Assembly (NCBI GenBank): GCA_052439685.1
Contig: JBQVQG010000028.1
Coordinates: 541 to 64,540 of the forward strand
DNA length: 64,000 nt
From: Reyranella sp.
GTDB lineage: Bacteria; Pseudomonadota; Alphaproteobacteria; Reyranellales; Reyranellaceae
Reading direction: 5' to 3'
Shown here: piece after piece, positions 57,177-64,000 of the stretch
Numbering within the stretch: the first letter of the stretch is position 1
Layout: every line of letters starts with the position of its first letter
Position numbers and translations under genes: made by a program
Notes under the pieces: generated by a model
Databases searched by the model: none
What the model was told of the DNA's origin: nothing
The model's input: the letters and a program-made list of their open reading frames with translations, nothing else

Positions 57177-57395
57177 ATGGCCTCTCCCAGACTCGCCCCT
57201 CCAGTCCTCCACCCGTTCCTGGTCGAGGACGCCGCCGACTGTCTCGGCTTCGAACGGGCCGGTGGCTACTCGGCCCGCGCCGCCCGCCTGGCAACCCGCG
57301 ACGTACTGGCCGACCGCGCCCGCGAACTGGGCTATCCCGAAAGGGAGATCGAGCGGGTGGTCGAGGCGGCGCTGGCCGCCGCGTTGCTGCAATGA
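57177..57395 (+). CDS. Small hypothetical protein divergent from the repressor (Cro position)
   Basis: 72 aa, helical, no Shine-Dalgarno sequence. Confidence 0.6.
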   Translation: MASPRLAPPVLHPFLVEDAADCLGFERAGGYSARAARLATRDVLADRARELGYPEREIERVVEAALAAALLQ

Positions 57396-57400
57396 GTGCC

Positions 57401-57530
57401 TTCCGTCGTCTCGACCGGAGCCTCGCGCAGCGAGGCGGAGTGGAGAGACCTTCTCTCCACGATTTGGCGGCTCGTGGTCGAGCGAAGGTCTCTCCGCTCC
57501 GCGCTGCGCGCTCCGGTCGAGACGACGGAA
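57401..57530. repeat. Palindromic repeat, family A copy 2
   Basis: 20-bp perfect arms TTCCGTCGTCTCGACCGGAG / CTCCGGTCGAGACGACGGAA between convergent stop codons. Confidence 0.9.
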
Positions 57531-57532
57531 AA

Positions 57533-58111
57533 TTACGGCTCGCCCAGCCAGAGCGGCCAGCTGCCCTTGCGTGCCTTGCGGGCTTCGAACTCGGCATCGG
57601 CGTAGCGCTGGGCGGCGCGCGGTTCCCACGACAGCGGCTCGTCGAGCTCGTGGCCGTAGACGACGCCGGACGCCAGCATCGCGCCGCCGAGATCGATCGG
57701 CTGGGCCTCGTCGAGGGCGCATTGCGCGACCAGGCGGCATTCCGAATCGTAGCGCGCGATGCGGCACTTTACCTTGTGGTCGGCGCGCGACAGCAGATCT
57801 TCCAGCGTCGCCCGCGCGCGCATGCCGGGCACTGTCTCGACCCGCTGGGCATCGCGCAGCGCCGGCGCCTGCACGCCCCAGATGCGGAGCGGCGTCTTGA
57901 GGCCGCTGCCGCCCAGCGTCTCGCCGTCGAGGGCGAAGACCTGGCCGGACCAGTTCTGCGGCAGCGCACCGTGGGTGGCGGTGCAGCCCTGCGGCTTGGA
58001 CGACGCCGCGGCCGGAGCGGCGGGTGTGGCAGCCGAAGGCTTGGCGTTCTGCGCCCAGGCGGCGGGCGCCAGCAGCGCGATCGAAAGGGCGGCGAGGGCA
58101 AGTCTCTTCAT
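57533..58111 (-). CDS. Exported thermonuclease (SNase)-like protein
   Basis: Signal peptide, LDGETL, LRIWGVQAP, YDSECRLVAQC, DLGGAML..G, Y..AE..AR..RKG.W; the usual catalytic Asp positions appear varied. Confidence 0.75.
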   Translation of the reverse strand: MKRLALAALSIALLAPAAWAQNAKPSAATPAAPAAASSKPQGCTATHGALPQNWSGQVFALDGETLGGSGLKTPLRIWGVQAPALRDAQRVETVPGMRARATLEDLLSRADHKVKCRIARYDSECRLVAQCALDEAQPIDLGGAMLASGVVYGHELDEPLSWEPRAAQRYADAEFEARKARKGSWPLWLGEP

Positions 58112-58213
58112 GCGCCGACCGTGACTTCCGTTTGAGGCGAGGTAAAGGCCGATGGCACGCAGCAGAACGATCACGCTCAAGCTTCTCCTTTTCAGCCGCG
58201 CAGGAGCGACGCG

Positions 58214-58459
58214 ATGAGCCGCGGCCGTCCCTGGAGCGCCGACGATGCGGCGCGCCTGCGCCGGCTGGTCGCCGCCGGCGAGACCGATGGCGCCATCGCC
58301 GAGGCGATGGGGCGTCATCCCGACATGATCCGCCGTCAGCGCCGCGCCGCCGGCCTCGCGCCCGGCCAGTCGCGCGCCGCGACGGTCATGATGATGAGGG
58401 TGAACCGGCGGCGGCTGGGCCGGAAGGTCGCCGGCAAGTACGAGCCGGAGAGCCCGTGA
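58214..58459 (+). CDS. Small HTH protein (GcrA-N/Myb-like)
   Basis: WSADDAARLRRL.AAG.TD.AIA..MGRH; GGAG RBS. Confidence 0.65.
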   Translation: MSRGRPWSADDAARLRRLVAAGETDGAIAEAMGRHPDMIRRQRRAAGLAPGQSRAATVMMMRVNRRRLGRKVAGKYEPESP

Positions 58460-58866
58460 TGGCGGCGCGACCCACGCTCTACAGCGAGGCACTGGCGGCC
58501 GAGATCTGCCGCCGCCTGGCCGACGGCGAGCTGCTGTGCGACGTCTGCCGCCCGGCCCGCATGCCCAGCCGCGACACCGTGCGCCGCTGGCAAAGCGAGA
58601 ACGGCCCGTTCCGCGACCGCTACGCCATCGCCCGCGACCAGCAGGCCGATGCGCTCGCCGAGGAAGCGATCCACATCGCCCGCAACGCCGACGCCGACAG
58701 CGTGACCGTCTGCCGGCTGCAGATCGACACGATCAAATGGCTCATCGCGAAGATCGCGCCGAGACGCTACGGCGACAAGCTGGTGCCCGACGCGACCGTG
58801 AACCTCTCGATCGGCGACGCGATCGAGAAGGGGCGGGAACGGGTGGCGCGGTTGCGGGCAGGGTGA
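58459..58866 (+). CDS. Phage terminase small subunit-like protein (Sf6-type)
   Basis: RPTLYS..LA.EIC.RLA.GE.L..VCR...MPS..TV.RW......FR..YA.AR..QAD.LA...RLQIDT.KW...KIAPRRYGDK; TGATG coupling to the upstream gene. Confidence 0.8.
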   Translation: MAARPTLYSEALAAEICRRLADGELLCDVCRPARMPSRDTVRRWQSENGPFRDRYAIARDQQADALAEEAIHIARNADADSVTVCRLQIDTIKWLIAKIAPRRYGDKLVPDATVNLSIGDAIEKGRERVARLRAG

Positions 58867-58901
58867 GGGCGGTGGATGGAGCGTGCCATCCTGCGACGCA
58901 C

Positions 58902-59062
58902 GGCAATCGCATGTGAAATCTTCCGTCGTCTCGACCGGAGCGCGCAGCGCGGAGTGGAGAGACCTTCCTTCCACCAATAGCCGTCAAATGGAGGAAAGAA
59001 GGTCCCTCCACTCCGCTACGCTCCGGTCGGGACGACGGGGGGTGGGTAGATGCGATAGCCCT
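58902..59062. repeat. Palindromic repeat, family A copy 3 (with the same outer flanks as copy 1)
   Basis: GGCAATCGCAT...CCGTCGTCTCGACCGGAGCGCGCAGCGCGGAGTGGAGAGACCTT...ATGCGATAGCCCT. Confidence 0.9.
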
Positions 59063-59110
59063 GCGGCGACGGGGAATGTCCCGTCGCCCGCAGGATCGCC
59101 GAGGCGTTTC

Positions 59111-60343
59111 TCAGATGCGCTCGATGATGATCGCCGGGGCCATGCCGCCGGCGGCGCACATCGTGACGAGACCGAACTGCTTGTCCTGCCGCTCGAGCTC
59201 GTCGAGGACGGTGCCGATCAGCATGGCGCCGGTCGCGCCGATCGGGTGGCCGAGCGCGATCGAGCCGCCGTTGACGTTGACCTTGTCGCGATCGAGATCG
59301 AGATCGCGCACGAACTTCTCCGAGACGACGGCGAAGGCTTCGTTGATCTCCCAGAGGTCGATGTCGCTCGTCTTGAGACCGGCCTTCTCCAGGACCTTGC
59401 GGGCCGCCGGCACCGGCGCATTGAGCATCAGCTCGGGGCTGTCGCCCATGTTCGCCATGGCCACGACGCGGGCGCGCGGCTTGAGGCCATGGGCCTTTGC
59501 GTAGTCGGGCGACGCCAGCAGCACGGCGGCCGAGCCGTCGACGACGCCGGAGGAATTGCCGGCATGATGGACATGCTCGATCTCGAGGCCGGGATAGGCC
59601 TGCAGGATCAGCGAGCGATAGGTCATGCCCTTGTCGTCGAGCGGGACGTCGGCCATCGCCGCGAAGGCGGCCTTGAGGTTGGCCAGTCCCTCGCGAGTGG
59701 TCTGCGGACGCGGATATTCATCGCGATCGAGGGCCAGCGTGCCGTCTTCCTTGTAGACGGGGATCAGGGACTTGGCGAAGCGGCCCTCGGCGATGGCGAT
59801 CGCCGCGCGTTGCTGGCTGACATAGCCCGCCTCGTCCAGCGCCTGGCGCGGGATCTTCTCCAGCGTGGCGATGGCGTCGGCGCAGATGCCCTGGTGCGTC
59901 TGGGGATGATGCAGGCGCAGGCGCAGATTGCCGTTGTCCATGACCGACGGCCCGCTGCCGCGGCTGCGGTCCATCGACATCATCTCCGTCCCGCCGGCGA
60001 CCACCAGGTCTTCCATGCCCGACTTGATGCAGGCGGCGGCGAGGCTCACGGCGCTGATGCCCGAACCGCAGAAGCGGTCGATCGTGATGCCGCTCGCCTT
60101 GACGTCATAGCCGGCATCGAGGGCCGACATGCGGCCGAGATCGCCGCTCTGCTTCGAGACCTGGGCGGCCGTCCCCCAGATCACATCGCCGACTTCCTTG
60201 GTGTCGATCTTGTTGCGGTCGGCGATCGCCTTGAGGACGGTCGCGCCGAGCTGCTGCGGATGAACCTCCCACAGCGCGCCCTTGCCGGCCTTGCCGACGC
60301 CGCGCGGCGTGCGGCAGGCATCGATGATCCATGCTTCGGTCAT
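59111..60343 (-). CDS. Acetyl-CoA C-acyltransferase (thiolase)
   Basis: RFCGSG, EINEAFA, GHPIGATG, MCAAGG. Confidence 0.95.
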   Translation of the reverse strand: MTEAWIIDACRTPRGVGKAGKGALWEVHPQQLGATVLKAIADRNKIDTKEVGDVIWGTAAQVSKQSGDLGRMSALDAGYDVKASGITIDRFCGSGISAVSLAAACIKSGMEDLVVAGGTEMMSMDRSRGSGPSVMDNGNLRLRLHHPQTHQGICADAIATLEKIPRQALDEAGYVSQQRAAIAIAEGRFAKSLIPVYKEDGTLALDRDEYPRPQTTREGLANLKAAFAAMADVPLDDKGMTYRSLILQAYPGLEIEHVHHAGNSSGVVDGSAAVLLASPDYAKAHGLKPRARVVAMANMGDSPELMLNAPVPAARKVLEKAGLKTSDIDLWEINEAFAVVSEKFVRDLDLDRDKVNVNGGSIALGHPIGATGAMLIGTVLDELERQDKQFGLVTMCAAGGMAPAIIIERI

Positions 60344-60368
60344 TGTTCTGTCCTTTCCCGGTTCCAGC

Positions 60369-61154
<786 letters not shown>

Positions 61155-61341
61155 GAGCGCTGATTCCCCCAGGATATGATGTCGTGATTGGTTCGCCCGG
61201 ATTGTTAGAGCATCGCGACCGCGGTTGACCAGAGGTGCCTATCCGCCTCTCGAAACTTGGAGCCGCGATCCGAAAGCGATGGCAGCGAACGGCCGGCACC
61301 CATTGTGCGTGCCCTCGTGTTGCGAGATGGGTCGATCGTGT

Positions 61342-61470
61342 CTAGGTCGTGGACTCATAATTTCTGATCCACAGGCGCGCTGCGGCGAGATGGATTGCAG
61401 CGAGGAAGTTCGCTGCGGTCTTGAAGTAGCGTGTAGCGATGCCTCTGAAGTGCTTCAGGCGGTTGTCCTC
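61342..61470 (-). pseudogene. IS5-family transposase C-terminal remnant
   Basis: NRLKHFRGIATRYFKTAANFLAAIHLAAARLWI matches the IS5 C-terminal signature (LK.FR.IATRY.K...NF). Confidence 0.85.
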
Positions 61471-61730
61471 ATGTGGGCTTTCAGCGGGTAAACCGGAAAT
61501 GGCCGACGTGCGGCCAAATCGACGCGAATGACCCACAAGGGGCATCAATGGCCTTGACCCGGTGCGGCCTACTTTTGGTTTGATAGGGTTCTCTCGGGGG
61601 CCGCGTCATTTGCGTCCAGTAACGACCTCGGGCGGTCGATCCCGCGCGAGGCTGAAATGGTGACGGTCCTATTGGAACTCCCCCTTCGTGATAGGCAAGG
61701 CATCAGGCAACAAAAGAGAGGACCGACCGT

Positions 61731-62033
61731 ATGATCAGCCTAATAAATGTCTTCACGGTAGACCCAGCCAACCAGGATCGGCTCCTCGATTTGCTTGCGC
61801 GCGCGACCGATGAATTCGTCAGCCGGGCACCTGGCTTTGTTTCCTCGACCCTTCATCGGAGCCTCGACGGCACGAAGGTGACCATGTATGCGCAGTGGCG
61901 CAGCGCGGAAGACTATGAGGCCATGCGCCAGGATCCTGGACCGCTACCCTTTCTCGAAGAGGCGCTCAAGATCGCGAAATTTGAGCCGGGCATGTATGAG
62001 GTCGTGCGCACATTCTCGCCCATTGATAGGTAG
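61731..62033 (+). CDS. Antibiotic biosynthesis monooxygenase (ABM) family protein
   Basis: LINVFTV.P.NQ..L, PGFVSS.LHRSLDG.KV..YAQW; AGAGGA RBS. Confidence 0.88.
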   Translation: MISLINVFTVDPANQDRLLDLLARATDEFVSRAPGFVSSTLHRSLDGTKVTMYAQWRSAEDYEAMRQDPGPLPFLEEALKIAKFEPGMYEVVRTFSPIDR

Positions 62034-62278
62034 GCTTCGCCCCCGCGCGCGAATCCGGACTTCCGCTGTTGGCCCTTCGGCGACCTCAGGAGACGTCCGC
62101 TTTCTCGCCGCTGCTAGGGGTTGAGCGGGCATCAGGGGCAGCGGCGTAATGAGTACACAGCCTAGGGCTTCGCAGTAATCGATGCCTGCGGGTCACGACT
62201 CTGGATTCCATCCCAAGCCACACGCTCACTCAGCATTCGTCCCAGACGAGCAGACGGCCGATCCAAGGCATACCTCCT

Positions 62279-62743
62279 TCACCCCTCGCTCTCCTGTCCC
62301 AGCCGGGCGAGCCGGGTGCGCGCGGCGGTGCGCTTGCTGTCGCGACGGTGCTTGTAGGCGAGCAGGTCTTCCGCCCGGATGCGGCGGTGGGTGCCGATCT
62401 TGTGGTGCGGGATCTCCCGGGTCTCGAGCATCTTCACGAGGAAGGGCCGGGAGACCTCGAGCATGTCGGCGGCCTGCTGGGTGGAAAGGTCCGCGCCGGA
62501 CGGTACGAGCGTGACCGCGTCGCCCTTGCCGATGGCCTGCAGGAGATCGAGCATCAGGCGGGCGACCGCCGGCGGCAGGTCGACCTCGGCGCTCTTGGCG
62601 CCCTTCTTGACGTGAAGCGACAGGCCGCCGCGCCTGTCCTTGTAAGTCGCGAGGACCGTGCCGGCTGTCGCGGCCTTCTCGGCTTCGGCCTGTGTCGGGA
62701 GGCGTTCGGAAAGCGAGTCGTCGACGGGCATCGGAGTCTCCAT
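62279..62743 (-). CDS. Excisionase-family (HTH_17, MerR-like) DNA-binding protein
   Basis: LP..V..L..DLL..I..G..VT.VP...LSTQQAADMLEVSRPFLVKML....IP..KIGTHRRI. Confidence 0.9.
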   Translation of the reverse strand: METPMPVDDSLSERLPTQAEAEKAATAGTVLATYKDRRGGLSLHVKKGAKSAEVDLPPAVARLMLDLLQAIGKGDAVTLVPSGADLSTQQAADMLEVSRPFLVKMLETREIPHHKIGTHRRIRAEDLLAYKHRRDSKRTAARTRLARLGQESEG

Positions 62744-62780
62744 CTGGTCCGTGTCGCCGCGGGGGCGGGCCGGGCATTAT

Positions 62781-62816
62781 AAACGAAATAATCGCAATAG
62801 TCGAAACAGTCGAAAG
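62781..62816. promoter_or_regulatory. Four tandem 9-bp direct repeats upstream of the HTH_17 gene
   Basis: AAACGAAAT AATCGCAAT AGTCGAAAC AGTCGAAAG; CG every 9 bp (62784, 62793, 62802, 62811). Confidence 0.7.
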
Positions 62817-62911
62817 CAATGTCGCAGGCCGGGGAGGGCGCCGGAATCGTCGGGTCGCCGCACGATTTGGGTTGATATACAAAGGCCGGAAAGCCCGCCC
62901 AAGGTCTTCCG

Positions 62912-63691
62912 ATGGCCACCAGTTCGATCGAATGGACCAACGCGACCTGGAATCCGGTCGCGGGCTGCACGGTCCTGTCGCCGGGCTGCACCAACTGCTA
63001 CGCGATGCGCTTGGCGGCGCGCCTCGAGGCGATGGGCATGGCGAAATATGCCGGGCTGACGCGCCTGTCGGGCGGCCGGGCGAAGTGGACGGGCGCGGTG
63101 CGGCTCGATCGCGCCGCGCTCGGCGTGCCCGAGGGCTGGAAGAAGCCGCGCATGATCTTCGTCAACTCGATGTCGGACCTCTTCTGGGAGGCGGTGCCCG
63201 AATCGTTCGTCGCCGAGGTCTGGAACGTCATGGCGCGGACGCCGCATCATACCTACCAGATCCTCACCAAGCGGCCCGAGCGCATGGAGGCGCTGACCGC
63301 GCGGCTGCCGCGGCTGCCCAACGTGTGGCTGGGCACGAGCGTCGAGAATGCCGACCATCTGTTCCGCATCGATCACCTGCGCCGCGTGCCGGCGGCCGTG
63401 CGCTTCCTGTCGCTGGAGCCGCTCCTGTCGTCGCTGGTTTCGGCGGTTCCGGGCGGCCTCGATCTCAGGGGAATCGACTGGGCCATCGCGGGTGGCGAGT
63501 CCGGTCCCGGCGCGCGGCCCGTCGATCCGGCCTGGGTGCGCGAGATCCGCGACGCCTGCCAGGCGCTGGGCACGGCGTTCTTCTTCAAACAGTGGGGCGG
63601 CACGAACAAGAAGAAGCAGGGCCGTATGCTGGATGGCAAGACCTGGGACGAGTTTCCGCAACAACCGTGCACGGGCGGCCCGCGCCCGTGA
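62912..63691 (+). CDS. DUF5131 (phage Gp37/Gp68-like) three-Cys radical-SAM-like protein
   Basis: IEWT..TWNPV.GC...SPGC.NCYA, IFVNSMSDLF, YQILTKRP.R, WLGTSVE, FLSLEPLL, IAGGESG, FFFKQWGG. Confidence 0.93.
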   Translation: MATSSIEWTNATWNPVAGCTVLSPGCTNCYAMRLAARLEAMGMAKYAGLTRLSGGRAKWTGAVRLDRAALGVPEGWKKPRMIFVNSMSDLFWEAVPESFVAEVWNVMARTPHHTYQILTKRPERMEALTARLPRLPNVWLGTSVENADHLFRIDHLRRVPAAVRFLSLEPLLSSLVSAVPGGLDLRGIDWAIAGGESGPGARPVDPAWVREIRDACQALGTAFFFKQWGGTNKKKQGRMLDGKTWDEFPQQPCTGGPRP

Positions 63692-63753
63692 ACGAAACGG
63701 TCGATCGTCGCGGGGGAATAGGCGCGGCGGGCAAGACGGGGTAAGAAGCGTCG

Positions 63754-64000
63754 ATGTCTGATATCGAAGCGCTCCGCAAATCGCTGGCCCTCTCGTCGGA
63801 GGGGCTGGCGTCCGAAGAAAAGAAGAAGATGGCGGTCGACGCCATCACCACCATCATCGACGCGCTCGGCCGCGGCGTGGGCCCGTTCGGCGAATGGGAA
63901 CAGCGCTGCCTGGCCGCCGCGATCATCGCGCTGCGCGCCGGCAAGAACGACGAGTCCCGCTCGCTGGCCCGCCGCGCCATCTGGCCCGAGGAGAACCGCC
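63754..64000 (+). CDS. Hypothetical helical protein, runs off the window edge
   Basis: Open frame MSDIEALRKSLALSSEGLASEEKKKMAVDAITTIIDALGRG... with host-like codon usage. Confidence 0.65.
   Translation, partial: MSDIEALRKSLALSSEGLASEEKKKMAVDAITTIIDALGRGVGPFGEWEQRCLAAAIIALRAGKNDESRSLARRAIWPEENR

Larger units (their letters stand above)
61342..62165. mobile_element. Non-autonomous IS5-family-derived unit bounded by 17-bp imperfect inverted repeats ending in CTAG
   Basis: CTAGGTCGTGGACTCAT (61342-61358) versus the reverse complement of ATGAGTACACAGCCTAG (62149-62165), 14/17 match. Confidence 0.6.

Noticed and set aside
55479-58866. Calling this region an intact prophage
   Set aside because: No integrase, att pair, large terminase, portal, capsid, tail or lysis genes.
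62050-62135. Degenerate GTCCGCT…AGCGG intergenic repeat
   Set aside because: A single highly degenerate copy with undefined boundaries.

Overview
High-GC alphaproteobacterial chromosomal segment. A Reyranella/Rhodospirillales-like host is inferred from three Bug/TctC genes, an alphaproteobacterial LexA box and typical palindromic intergenic repeats. From left to right: an iron-uptake operon (TonB receptor, PKHD hydroxylase, PepSY-TM) with Fur-type boxes; tRNA-Arg(TCT); a lower-GC patch of small orphan ORFs, two of them paralogous; phnE/phnC-like ABC genes coupled to a TusA-like/MetE-like fusion; a PAS-PAS hybrid kinase; plsY; many catabolic and regulatory genes (Bug, YbhB, MarR/SDR, sulfatase, LigW-like amidohydrolase, HxlR/SDR, DUF1254, AraC, TauD, 2-hydroxyacid dehydrogenase, paoABC); a stand-alone VcaM4I-like EVE-HNH nuclease; a three-gene operon of unknowns under a perfect LexA box; ycjXF; a type I (EcoAI/EcoEI-like) R-M locus whose HsdR runs in frame into an extra PD-(D/E)XK-like nuclease, followed by a higBA-like toxin-antitoxin pair; a compact CI-like (HTH+S24) switch with TCCGGA operators and apparently leaderless promoters, near an orphan small-terminase-like gene; thiolase/SDR; an 824-bp IS5-end-bounded unit carrying an ABM gene; a Xis-like HTH gene with a 9-bp repeat operator; and DUF5131. 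No CRISPR array, rRNA, integrase or phage structural genes were seen. Protein family calls come from motif recognition only; no database searches were run.
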